Source of the DNA: Acetomicrobium hydrogeniformans
GTDB taxonomy: Bacteria > Synergistota > Synergistia > Synergistales > JAFGMB01
Length of the DNA stretch: 64,000 nt
Direction of reading: 5' to 3'
Assembly: GCA_016841745.1 (NCBI GenBank)
Contig: JAENYO010000002.1
Coordinates: 422,729-486,728, forward strand
In this document: positions 19,565 to 28,901 of the stretch, one piece after another
Layout: each line of letters opens with the position of its first letter
How positions within the stretch are numbered: position 1 is the first letter of the stretch
Made by a program: the position numbers and the translations under genes
Notes under the pieces: generated by a model
What the model was told of the DNA's origin: nothing
Database searches by the model: none
The model's input: only the letters and a program-made list of their open reading frames with translations

Positions 19565-20857
19565 ATGGATATGTTTACTTTACGAAGGATTAAATTAAGT
19601 GATGTGGCATTTGGTAAGCAGACTTGCATCAAAAAAGGAGTTTTATTTATTAACAAAGACGAAATGATCCAAAATCTTTTGGATGACAACCATTTAAAGA
19701 ATGTTGATATACAACTTGCCAGACCTGGTGAAAGCAAAAGAATTATTCCCGTCAAAGATGTAATCGAACCAAGGGTAAAACTTGAAGAGGGAGTTGATAC
19801 TTTTCCTGGAATCTTTTCTGATGCGGATTATGTATCCGGTAAAGGAACGACCATTGTTCTTGAAGGCGTAGGAGTGGTTACTTCCGGAAAGATAATCAAT
19901 TTTCAGGAAGGGCTTATTGATATGTCCGGTCCTGGTTCAGAATATAGCGTTTTTTCCAGCAACCTTAATGTAGTCCTGGTTATTGACCCGGTAGATGGCC
20001 TTGGTAAACATGAACATGAGAGAGCAGTGAGGATCGCAGGTTTTAAGGCTGCGCATTACCTCGGGATGGCAGGTAAAACCGCCTCTTTTGATCAGGAGGT
20101 TAGGTATCCCGTGAACGAAATTCCGGAATTGGTGACCAGATATCCTGATCTGCCGAAGATAGTGTATGTCTGTCAGGTAATTGCACAGGGCTTGCTTCAT
20201 GATAATTATATTTATGGATTAAATGCTCAGGGATGTCTTCCCATGCTTGTTTATCCGACCGAACTTATGGATGGTGCTGTTTTAAGTGGTAACTGTGCTG
20301 CCCCCTGTCATAAACATACGACTTATCATCATCAGAATAATCCAATAATAGAGGATCTGTTAAGTGAACACGGGAAAACCCTTAATTTGATGGGAGTAAT
20401 TATTGCTCCTGTCAGGACTGCGTTGCACGAGAAGGAAAGAATAGGGAATCAGGTTCTCAAGCTAGCAGAAATGGTTGGAGCAGAGGGAGCCATAGTGTCC
20501 GAAGATGGAGGGGGAAACCCTGAGGCAGATCTTATGATACTAACCCGTCTTTTTGAAAAAAATGGAATAAAAACAGTTCTCGTGACAGACGAATATGCCG
20601 GGTCGGATGGTGCTTCACCAGGGCTTGCAGATGTTACTCCGGAAGCAGATGCAGTTGTAACTAACGGTAATGGTAATCATAAAGTGGTGTTGCCTCCAAT
20701 GAGCGAAACCATAGGGCATCTGGAGTGTGTTGATATCATAACCGGAGGGCACACGGGTAGCCTGAAGCCAGATGGTTCAATCGAAATGGAGATAGCTGGA
20801 GTAATGGGTTCGACCAATGAACTTGGGATGGAAAATCTGAAGACGGTAGCTATCTGA
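19565..20857 (+). CDS. grdE: Glycine/sarcosine/betaine reductase component B proprotein (GrdE/GrdG-like)
   Basis: ARPGES.RIIPVKDVIEPR, QEG.IDMSGPG, DGA.LSGNC, QNNP.I..L, GNP..D, DEYAG.DG motifs; ggaggtg RBS. Symbol marks the family; substrate is unproven. Confidence 0.88.
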   Translation: MDMFTLRRIKLSDVAFGKQTCIKKGVLFINKDEMIQNLLDDNHLKNVDIQLARPGESKRIIPVKDVIEPRVKLEEGVDTFPGIFSDADYVSGKGTTIVLEGVGVVTSGKIINFQEGLIDMSGPGSEYSVFSSNLNVVLVIDPVDGLGKHEHERAVRIAGFKAAHYLGMAGKTASFDQEVRYPVNEIPELVTRYPDLPKIVYVCQVIAQGLLHDNYIYGLNAQGCLPMLVYPTELMDGAVLSGNCAAPCHKHTTYHHQNNPIIEDLLSEHGKTLNLMGVIIAPVRTALHEKERIGNQVLKLAEMVGAEGAIVSEDGGGNPEADLMILTRLFEKNGIKTVLVTDEYAGSDGASPGLADVTPEADAVVTNGNGNHKVVLPPMSETIGHLECVDIITGGHTGSLKPDGSIEMEIAGVMGSTNELGMENLKTVAI

Positions 20858-20877
20858 TCGGCAAGGGGGAAATTAAA

Positions 20878-22182
20878 ATGAAAAAAATTACTGTTGTCCA
20901 TTACATAAATCAGTTCTTTGGCCAGTTGGGCGGAGAAGAAAAAGCGGATATCCAACCTCTTATCAAGGATGGTCCTGTCGGGATAGGAGCCCAGCTTGAA
21001 AAGGTTTCTGAAGGTCGTTATAGCATAGTGAAAACGATCATTTGTGGTGATAATTATGCTGCTGAAAACCTTGAGGAAGCGGGTCTGAAGGTATTAGACT
21101 GGGTTAAAGAAGTATCTCCTGATCTATTCATAGCTGGACCTGCTTTTGGTGCAGGCAGATATGGTACATCATGCGGAATGTTATGTAAGTTAATCCAGAA
21201 GGAGCTTGGAATTCCTGTTATTACAGCCATGCATCCTGTAAACCCTGGAGTTGATCTTGCCAAAAAAGATATCTACATAATCGAAGCTGGAGATTCTGCT
21301 CGGGATATGAGAAGTGTTATTCCCAAAATGGTTCATTTTGCGGACAAACTCCTGAATCATGAACCTATAGGGTTACCTGAAGAGGAAGGATATCTTCCGA
21401 GAGGAATCAGAATAAATGTTCGTGAGGAAAAAAGGGGTTCCCGGAGAGCTGTTGATATGCTTCTTAAAAAAGTCAGGGGAGAATCTTTCGTAACTGAACT
21501 ACCCATGCCTGTATTTGACCATGTTCCTCCGGCGCCACCAGTTAAGGATCTATCAACGGCTTTAATCGCAATTGGTACTGAAGGTGGGGTAGTCCCTGAG
21601 GGAAATCCTGATCATATTGAAGCTCACAATGCATCGAAATGGTGCAAATACTTTATTGGCGATCTTGATAATCTCCAGACTGTTAAGTATGAAGTTGCTC
21701 ATGGAGGTTATGATCCGGTAGCTGCCAACGACGATCCTAACAGGGTTTTGCCTCTTGATGCAGCCAGGGCCTGTGAAAAGGAAGGTGCTTTCCGGGAACT
21801 ATACGGATATTATCCTGTGACGGTAGGAAATGTTACAGCAGTCAATTCCGCTGAACGATATGGAAGGGAAATTGGAGAAATGCTTATTGAGGCAGGAGTT
21901 GAAGGCATTATCCTTACATCCACCTGAGGAACTGGAACCCGTTGCGGTGCAACGCTTGCAAGAGAAATTGAAAGGGTTGGGCTTCCCGCCGTTCTGATCA
22001 CGGCGGTTCCCCCCATAGCATTGACAGTTGGAGCTAATCGTATTGTTCGTGGAGTAGCTATTCCTCATCCAACAGGTGCTCCAGGAGAAGATCCGGGAGA
22101 GGAATTTAATATTCGAAAAAACCTGATTCTTAAGGCCTTGAGTGCTTTATCCAGTGATATAACAGAGCAGACAGTGTTTTAA
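20878..22182 (+). CDS. grdB: Glycine/sarcosine/betaine reductase selenoprotein B (434 aa; Sec at TGA 21925-21927)
   Basis: HYINQFFGQLGGEEKA, GPAF.AGRYG, HGGYD; frame reads ILTST-U-GTGTRCGATLAREIE...ALTVGANRIV...IPHP to TAA 22180-22182. Symbol marks the family; substrate is unproven. Confidence 0.93.
21925..21954 (+). promoter_or_regulatory. Bacterial SECIS-like hairpin
   Basis: UGA, then a CGTTGC-GGT-GCAACG stem-loop whose loop begins with G 18 nt after the UGA. Confidence 0.75.
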
Positions 22183-22212
22183 CCATATTTGAGGCTGGTG
22201 GAGGTAGGGGAT

Positions 22213-22560
22213 ATGTTGATAATTTCAAATAATCCCATGGTCTGGGAACAATACCCTGATACTCTCAGGGTTGAAGGTACTTCTCTTGAAGTCATCGAAG
22301 AAGCAAGAGATAGAGTTCAAAGGGGAATGAGACTAATTGCACATCCTTTATCTGGAAATGCAAGGCTTGTTAGAAATCCGTTTCGCTCGGTCGTTCTCCA
22401 TGATCTGGTTTCAGAGGTCAATTCAAGAGACCTGTTCTTTGTTGAAGATGCATATTACAGGCTGAAGCGGGTCGATTGGGGGACTGCTCCAGATTCAACC
22501 CTTGATGATTACCAGATCATTGATTTAGACCTTTTAATATCGACTCTTGAACCCTGCTAA
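22213..22560 (+). CDS. grdX: GrdX family protein
   Basis: IISNNP.V, RD.V..G..L..HPLSG...NP.RSV, D.QIID.DL. Confidence 0.88.
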   Translation: MLIISNNPMVWEQYPDTLRVEGTSLEVIEEARDRVQRGMRLIAHPLSGNARLVRNPFRSVVLHDLVSEVNSRDLFFVEDAYYRLKRVDWGTAPDSTLDDYQIIDLDLLISTLEPC

Positions 22561-22610
22561 GAGCCACAGCTTCAGTAAACTTAAATTTATATGAAGGGTA
22601 GGTTGGTAAT

Positions 22611-23708
22611 ATGTCTCAAGAACACAAATTTGCAGTTCTCGGAAGTGGTAATGGAGCCAGAGCCTGGTGTGCCCAGATAGCAGCCAAGGGTCATCCTGTA
22701 ATGATGTGGGAACCCCTTGAGTCTACGGAAGATTATCTGAAACTGAGGGAAGAAAAGGAAATGTACCTTGAAGGTGATATTCAGATAGGCGGTAAACTTG
22801 CCGGAGTTACCATGGATATCGAAGAGGCCATGGATGGAGCCGATTTTCTTCTGGTGATTGTTCCTTCCTTTGCCCATGAACCTATTTTCAGGAAAATGAT
22901 CCCCCATCTCAAGGACGGACAGAATATTGTTGTAGTACCAGGAAACTTTGCCGGGTTCCGTTTAAGGAAAATGATGAAAGATGCAGGAGTAGTAAAGGAT
23001 ATCACCATATCTGAAACTGCTTCCATGCCCTATGCCTGCAGGATAGATACCTATAATACAGTCATGATCTTCAAGAGAAAATTTGAGATGAAGATGGGAA
23101 CTTCTCCCCAGTCCAAAAATGCAGAGATGTGCGGAGTCCTTAATGATGTTTTTGAGGGTTACGTGAAATATCTTCCTGCTGAAAACCTTCTCGAAGTAGA
23201 CCTTGATAATGTCAACTATATACTTCATCCATTCCCGGTCCTTTTCAACTACGGCGAAATAGAGAAGAACGGAAAGACCTATATGCACTATATGGATGGA
23301 ATTACTCCGGTTCTTTCTGAAAAGATGATGAAGATGGATGAGGAGCGCATGGCCATAGGAGCAAAGCTTGGGCTCAAACTGCAGGATTGCCTTTCCCAAC
23401 TCAAGATGTATTATGGACATAATGATACTGAAACCATCTATGATTTTGTAAACAGCGATGATTCACCCTATAAAGATCTTGTTGGTCAGAATATCAAAGG
23501 CCGTTACATTACGGAGGATGTTCCCGGTGTTGTTGTTCCTGCCCTTCAGCTTGCAAAGAAAGCTGGTATGGAAGTTCCAATAGCCGAACTTGCAGTGAAA
23601 GTAGCTTCTTTCCTCCATGATACGGATTATGTAGAAAAAGGGACTAACCTTGAAAGCCTTGATATAGCGAACCTCTCTATCGAAGAGATCGTAAAAATGG
23701 TTTCGTAG
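22611..23708 (+). CDS. Opine dehydrogenase family, copy 2 (in the grd-like operon)
   Basis: Identical to copy 1 except for the N-terminal MSQEH; starts 50 bp after grdX. Confidence 0.9.
   Translation: MSQEHKFAVLGSGNGARAWCAQIAAKGHPVMMWEPLESTEDYLKLREEKEMYLEGDIQIGGKLAGVTMDIEEAMDGADFLLVIVPSFAHEPIFRKMIPHLKDGQNIVVVPGNFAGFRLRKMMKDAGVVKDITISETASMPYACRIDTYNTVMIFKRKFEMKMGTSPQSKNAEMCGVLNDVFEGYVKYLPAENLLEVDLDNVNYILHPFPVLFNYGEIEKNGKTYMHYMDGITPVLSEKMMKMDEERMAIGAKLGLKLQDCLSQLKMYYGHNDTETIYDFVNSDDSPYKDLVGQNIKGRYITEDVPGVVVPALQLAKKAGMEVPIAELAVKVASFLHDTDYVEKGTNLESLDIANLSIEEIVKMVS
22626..23708 (+). repeat. 1,083-bp direct repeat, copy B
   Basis: Offset 15,107 bp from copy A; identity ends exactly at the TAG. 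Confidence 0.93.
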
Positions 23709-23737
23709 ATATCTTTAGATTGTAGAACTTAAATTCT

Positions 23738-23789
23738 ATAAGGATACCTCCAAATACCTGGTCGAAAAGGTGCTTGGAGGTATCCTTAT
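23738..23789 (+). terminator. Rho-independent terminator ending the grd-odh operon
   Basis: ataaggatacctccaa...ttggaggtatccttat followed by tttgtt. Confidence 0.75.
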
Positions 23790-24025
23790 TTTGTTATCAC
23801 CAACGGGAGAATTGGAAAAATGAATCAGAATTCTGATTTTGCCGATCATAGAATTTCAGAGGAGATATTGTTATTGAATAAAATGTGACCTTAAATACCT
23901 TTCTGGTAATGGGCTGAAATTGGCGCAATTGAAGATGCATTTTAAGGAAATTAGAATTCAGTCAGGGCGTATACCAAGGAGAAGTTTAGATGTCCTACCC
24001 CCTGAAGGGAAATGGTGATGTTAAT

Positions 24026-24823
24026 TTACATGTGCAGCAGGGTGTCTTCCAGATGAATTGCAGATCTGGAAGAGCCCATGATATCTTCCATATCCTGAAG
24101 CAGATGTTTAACCATTGCTTCTCTTGCTTTTTTAACATTCCTGGACCTTATGTGCTTGAGAATAGCCCGATGCTCCTCCATCATTTTGTTCCAGTGCTGT
24201 TCCGGAAGTACAAGATAATTATGTCTGTGAGCCTCAAGTTCTGCACGAATTGAGCGAATAAGTCTTATCATTATCCCGTTACCGGCGATCTCTGCAAGCC
24301 TGTCATGGAATTTCGTGCGTGTCTGGAGAATTGTTTCTTGTAGTTTATCTATATTCTGAATATCATTATTGATGATATTCTCCAGGCTATCCAGATCTTC
24401 GAGGGTAGCATTTTCTGTCACCCATTCCACCATCTGGGTTTCCATAAGGACTCTGAGTTCCATCTTTTCTACAATAGAAACATCTTCAGTCAAAGAATGA
24501 ACCAGTTCATTATTCGCGATCCTTCGAATGGCATCTGGAGCGATTACGGTTCCATGACCCGGCCTGGATTCGATAATCTTATAAACAGATAAAGCTTTCA
24601 TTGCTTCCCTTATGCTGCTTCTGCTTATCTGGAACTGCTCGGCAAGGGCCAGTTCGCCGTCCATCTTGCTTCCCGGTTGCCATGATCCATTCTTTATAGC
24701 AGATATGATCTGGGTCATAACATTTTCATAAAGGGTGGAGCGGCTCGCGGGTTTGAACAAAGGGAATTCCTCCAGGAAAGTTTCATGTACTCTGTCTCTC
24801 TTTTGGTCTATTTCCTGAAGCAT
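24026..24823 (-). CDS. FadR/GntR-family regulator 3
   Basis: KPASRSTLY...ELALAEQFQISRSSIREA plus FCD; close paralog of 3270-3989; true start uncertain. Confidence 0.88.
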   Translation of the reverse strand: MLQEIDQKRDRVHETFLEEFPLFKPASRSTLYENVMTQIISAIKNGSWQPGSKMDGELALAEQFQISRSSIREAMKALSVYKIIESRPGHGTVIAPDAIRRIANNELVHSLTEDVSIVEKMELRVLMETQMVEWVTENATLEDLDSLENIINNDIQNIDKLQETILQTRTKFHDRLAEIAGNGIMIRLIRSIRAELEAHRHNYLVLPEQHWNKMMEEHRAILKHIRSRNVKKAREAMVKHLLQDMEDIMGSSRSAIHLEDTLLHM

Positions 24824-25020
24824 TATACCAAAATGTAAAGGTGTTTTATCCTCTATGGTATTATTTTCTGGTAGTGAAGATCAGAATCAGGCTTTTGGTA
24901 AGGACCAGCTGTATCGATTTCAGGAAACACGATGATTCTCTGATCGTTTAATGATCATATTCTTACTCCAGAGCCGGTAAACACTTCTGGATCCATCATA
25001 AAAAGAGGGAGGAGCATTTA

Positions 25021-25638
25021 TTGACGGATTATTTCGGAATGCGCAAAGGGCAGTTTCCCATACTGTTATTTAACATTACCGTTCTGGCTGTTTTTACAGT
25101 TGTTTTTGCTTCAAGGGCAAATTATGAATTTCTAACCTACATAGGTGTTACCCTTTTTTTTATGATCCTGATAATATTGACTAACAGGAGAGTCTTTTAT
25201 CCTGACTTCCTGCTATGGGTTCTTTCCTTATGGTCCCTGGCCCACATGTGTGGGGGTGGCCTGATCATAGGCGGAGAAAAACTCTATGAATTTATGATCT
25301 TTGATATTGTGGGTGAACCCTATCTTATATTCAAGTACGATCAGTTTGTTCACATTACAGGATTTGCAGGGGCCACCCTTGCGATGTATTACCTTATAAA
25401 GCCTCTATTAAGGAATCCGCACAGATGGATAGCCCTTTCAGTTGTTGTTATAATGGCCGGCCTTGGTGTTGGTGCGTTAAATGAGATAGTCGAATTTTTC
25501 GTATCCGTACTGGTGGGTGAAACTGGGGTAGGGGGTTATATCAACACTTCTCTTGACCTGATTTCTGACCTTCTTGGAGCCTTTTTGGCCATGGTTTTCA
25601 TATTCATAAAAGAAAAAATATTTTCATCTGTTGTATAA
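25021..25638 (+). CDS. DUF2238/YjdF-like membrane protein
   Basis: Multi-TM; H..GG, YD.FVH..GF, NEIVEF, NT..DL..D motifs. Confidence 0.7.
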   Translation: MTDYFGMRKGQFPILLFNITVLAVFTVVFASRANYEFLTYIGVTLFFMILIILTNRRVFYPDFLLWVLSLWSLAHMCGGGLIIGGEKLYEFMIFDIVGEPYLIFKYDQFVHITGFAGATLAMYYLIKPLLRNPHRWIALSVVVIMAGLGVGALNEIVEFFVSVLVGETGVGGYINTSLDLISDLLGAFLAMVFIFIKEKIFSSVV

Positions 25639-25673
25639 ACGTTATCATTACTTTCTGCAAAGGTTGGTCCTGA

Positions 25674-26465
25674 TTGGGTTATATTGAGAATATCCTTGCA
25701 TTTTATAGTCTTGACATGGTTGGAATGTCCCTGCTTGCCTTTTGTGCAGTCTTTGTCGGATTCTCAAAGAGCGCCCTCCCTGGTGCAATTATCTTCATTG
25801 TACCGGTAAGTGTTGGTGTCCTTCCGGCAAAAACCGCTGTAGGAGTCGTTCTCCCTTTACTTATGTTCGCCGACCTGTTAACTACGGGGTACTTTTTCAG
25901 GAAAATCAATCTTAACCATATGAAATTTATTCTTCCCTCTGCTTTTTGCGGTGTATTTGCAGGATATATGCTTATGGGAAGAATGAGCAGTGAGGACTTA
26001 AAACCCCTGATAGGGTTTATTGTTCTTGGCATGTTGATACTCAAACAGCTGATTCAGATATCCGGCAGCAGGTTTTCAGGGTATTCGAAGAAGTATGATC
26101 CTGGACATGTAGAAAAACCCCTGGTCTCAACCTTTTTCGGATTGATCATGGGTACCATCGCCACCATAGCACATGCAGCAGGTCCTCTAACTGCTCTTTA
26201 TCTGGTTCTGAACCGTTTTCCCAAAACTCAGTTTGTTGCTACGTCAGCGGGATTTTTCCTTTTCATTAACTGGATGAAAGTGCCCTTTTATCTTGATCTG
26301 GGTATTCTGAGCGGAGAAGTCCTTAAGCTTGATATTTTACTTTTCCCTTTCGTAATTTCAGGATTTATCCTTGGGATAAGGGTTCTCAGATATATCCCGC
26401 AGCGTAAATTTGATTTTCTGGTGCAGGTGCTTGCATTTTTTGCTTCACTAAAACTGATCTTTTGA
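25674..26465 (+). CDS. Sulfite exporter TauE/SafE (TSUP) family
   Basis: VGFSK..LPG, LPLL..AD, AHAAGP, INW.KVPFY; about eight TM segments. Confidence 0.85.
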   Translation: MGYIENILAFYSLDMVGMSLLAFCAVFVGFSKSALPGAIIFIVPVSVGVLPAKTAVGVVLPLLMFADLLTTGYFFRKINLNHMKFILPSAFCGVFAGYMLMGRMSSEDLKPLIGFIVLGMLILKQLIQISGSRFSGYSKKYDPGHVEKPLVSTFFGLIMGTIATIAHAAGPLTALYLVLNRFPKTQFVATSAGFFLFINWMKVPFYLDLGILSGEVLKLDILLFPFVISGFILGIRVLRYIPQRKFDFLVQVLAFFASLKLIF

Positions 26466-26466
26466 A

Positions 26467-26510
26467 ACACGCAAGGCAGGGCCGGATATTACCTGCCCTG
26501 CCTTGCGTGT
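26467..26510. terminator. Bidirectional terminator
   Basis: acacgcaaggcagggc...gccctgccttgcgtgt 16-bp stem between convergent genes. Confidence 0.7.
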
Positions 26511-26527
26511 CGAAATCCTGGTGACTG

Positions 26528-27472
26528 CTAGTCTACGGAAATCAGTGAGTCTTTTTTAGATTCATTTACAATAAGCTGAAGTACATCCGGTCTTGCATAA
26601 TGGCCCATTACATCAAAATCAAAGCGGCTCTGGGGAATAAGTGTCAGGTCAAGATCAGCTATCAGGATCTCTTCCCTGTTATAAACAGGTTCTACAACAT
26701 ATTTCCCAAGAGGGTCGATTATAGCACTTCCACCCGGGCACATATGGTCCGGCTGGGATTCAAGATCTGAGTAGAATTCCAGGTCCTTGGGATACATGTC
26801 TTTAGAAACATACTGGTTGCAGGAGAGGACAAAACACCTTCCTTCCAGAGCTATATGGCGTACGGTAGATTGCCATTCTTCCCTTGAATCTGCCGTTGGT
26901 GCCAGGTATATTACAGTACCTTTGCCGTATATTGCAGTTCTTGCCAGTGGCATGTAATTTTCCCAGCAGATAAGTCCCCCCATTTTCCCGTAGGGGGTGT
27001 CTATAACAGTCAGAGTGCTCCCATCTCCTTCTCCCCACACTATCCTTTCGCTTCCCGTTGGTTTGAGTTTTCGGTGTTTCCCCAGGAGCCGGCCGTCAGG
27101 TCCAAAATAGAGTATAGTGCAGTAAAGGGTGCCCCCTTCTCTTTCTATTATCCCCATCACAAGGTGAACCCCATATTGCCTTGCAGCCTTTCCAAGAATT
27201 TCAGTTGTGTCTCCCGGGACACTTACAGAATTATCGAAGTATCTGAAAAAATCCTTTCTCCCCCGAGGATCCCGGCTTCCAATAACGGTACCAAAGGAAA
27301 GTCCTCTGGGATAAGCAGGAATGAAGGCTTCTGGAAACAGTATTATCTTTGCCCCTTTTTCCGCTGCTTTCTTCATTAGATCAAGGGCTTTTGCGATGGT
27401 GGCTTTTTTGTCCATGATTACCGGAGCGGCCTGAATTACTGCAACCTTTACACTATTGTTGTTATTGTCCAT
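26528..27472 (-). CDS. Nitrilase (carbon-nitrogen hydrolase family)
   Basis: Catalytic triad contexts FPEAF, HRKLKPT, ICWEN; GHYARPD; ATG 27472 behind ggggagg. Confidence 0.92.
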   Translation of the reverse strand: MDNNNNSVKVAVIQAAPVIMDKKATIAKALDLMKKAAEKGAKIILFPEAFIPAYPRGLSFGTVIGSRDPRGRKDFFRYFDNSVSVPGDTTEILGKAARQYGVHLVMGIIEREGGTLYCTILYFGPDGRLLGKHRKLKPTGSERIVWGEGDGSTLTVIDTPYGKMGGLICWENYMPLARTAIYGKGTVIYLAPTADSREEWQSTVRHIALEGRCFVLSCNQYVSKDMYPKDLEFYSDLESQPDHMCPGGSAIIDPLGKYVVEPVYNREEILIADLDLTLIPQSRFDFDVMGHYARPDVLQLIVNESKKDSLISVD

Positions 27473-27584
27473 TAGAATTCCTCCCCTGGATTGATCCATT
27501 GTCCTATTATTGAATTATAACCACAAATATATTTTCTATGGTAAAATCAACACGAATTAATCCAAAATGTCAATTTCATACGGA

Positions 27585-27711
27585 CTAAAAGGGAGTAGTT
27601 AGTCAGGCAGGGTCAACATGCTGGTGAATTTCACCTGGTTCTGCCGTTGGTATTTATGCCAATTAACGAGACTTTTAGCGTGGTAAGTCCATGCTGAAGT
27701 CTCGTTTTTTT
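27585..27711 (+). ncRNA. yybP-ykoY (Mn2+) riboswitch with overlapping terminator
   Basis: aaaagggagtag...gtcaacatgct...gagactttt core; acgagact...agtctcgttttttt terminator; directly upstream of mntP. Confidence 0.85.
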
Positions 27712-27741
27712 ATCAGCTGAAATCATTAATGGAGGTTATAT

Positions 27742-28329
27742 ATGATAAATAGTCTTGCCTTTATCCTTGGTGTCAGCCTTTCTATGGATGCTCTTGCTGT
27801 TTCCTGTACCATACCAGTTTGTGTTCCCGGGGTTTCCATGATCAGATCATTAAGGGTGGCTCTCAGTTTCGGCCTTTTTCAGGCATTGATGCCCCTCATC
27901 GGATGGTTTGCTGCAGAGCGATTTCTCTTTCTTATTGAGCCTGTGGATCATTGGCTGGGTTTTATCCTTCTCTCAATCGTTGGTGGGAAGATGATCAAGG
28001 AAGGGCTCGCTGCAAAGAAAGGATGTTCTGTCCTGCCTGGGGATCCAACAAGGGGTAAATATTTACTGGCCCTTTCTATTGGTACAAGTATTGATGCCCT
28101 GGCTGTAGGTGTCAGTTTTATAGGTATGAAGATAGATGTCTTTACTACTGTAGCTGTTATAGGGCTGATAACCTTTTCTCTTTCATTTATCGGATTAAGG
28201 CTTTCCAGAAGATTATGCGGAGATAACAGAACAGGGAAGATGGAAGTCATTGGAGGTCTGGTCCTGATACTTATAGGGATAAATATAGTATTGGAACACC
28301 TTGGTATTTTGCAGATCTTTACACTTTAG
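27742..28329 (+). CDS. mntP: Manganese efflux pump
   Basis: LSMDALAVS, FGLFQA.MP.IG, DHW.GF, TSIDALAVG. Confidence 0.93.
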   Translation: MINSLAFILGVSLSMDALAVSCTIPVCVPGVSMIRSLRVALSFGLFQALMPLIGWFAAERFLFLIEPVDHWLGFILLSIVGGKMIKEGLAAKKGCSVLPGDPTRGKYLLALSIGTSIDALAVGVSFIGMKIDVFTTVAVIGLITFSLSFIGLRLSRRLCGDNRTGKMEVIGGLVLILIGINIVLEHLGILQIFTL

Positions 28330-28350
28330 ATCAAAGACTGGAGGTTTAGA

Positions 28351-28794
28351 ATGTCTGGAAGAGTTGTTGCTGTATGTGTTTCTGAAAAAAAGGGAACTTC
28401 GAAAAAAGATGTGGGTAAGGCTAGACTGGTCCCTGAATTGGGGCTGGAAGGGGATGCCCATGCCGGTTTTGCCCATCGTCAGGTCAGCCTGCTCAATGCG
28501 GAAGACATAAGAGAGGCTTCTGAAAAAATGCCCGGCTTGATACCCGGAAGCTTTGCTGAAAATATCACGGTTGAGGGTTTCGATGTATCCTCAGTTCCAG
28601 TGGGAGATCGCCTGAGAATAGGAGAATGTCTTCTTGAAGTTACCCAGATCGGGAAAGAATGTCATTCCAGATGTGAAATATATAAAACGATAGGAGACTG
28701 CATCATGCCAAGGAAGGGAGTCTTCTGCAGGGTACTGGAGGGAGGGCATATCTGCAGAGGAGACGAGGTCATACAATTGGTCGATGAGTCCTGA
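28351..28794 (+). CDS. MOSC domain protein
   Basis: GL.GDAHAG..HRQVSLL, FAENI, TQIGKECH, CIMP.KG. Confidence 0.9.
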   Translation: MSGRVVAVCVSEKKGTSKKDVGKARLVPELGLEGDAHAGFAHRQVSLLNAEDIREASEKMPGLIPGSFAENITVEGFDVSSVPVGDRLRIGECLLEVTQIGKECHSRCEIYKTIGDCIMPRKGVFCRVLEGGHICRGDEVIQLVDES

Positions 28795-28901
28795 AAAGGG
28801 CGTTATGATCAATCAGTGTTTTTTCCCAGGATAAAAGAATTTAACCACTCTTCAATTTGCCTCATCAGTGTGGTATATTATTGCCATGGAGGTGTGTGGC
28901 C

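Noticed and set aside
20878-21927. grdB as a truncated 349-aa ORF or pseudogene
   Set aside because: The TGA lies in the conserved Sec motif, is followed by a SECIS-like hairpin, and the frame continues with a homologous C-terminus.
23990-24253. 87-aa ORF with an RBS-like aaggag
   Set aside because: Mostly antisense to FadR3, with no recognisable domain.
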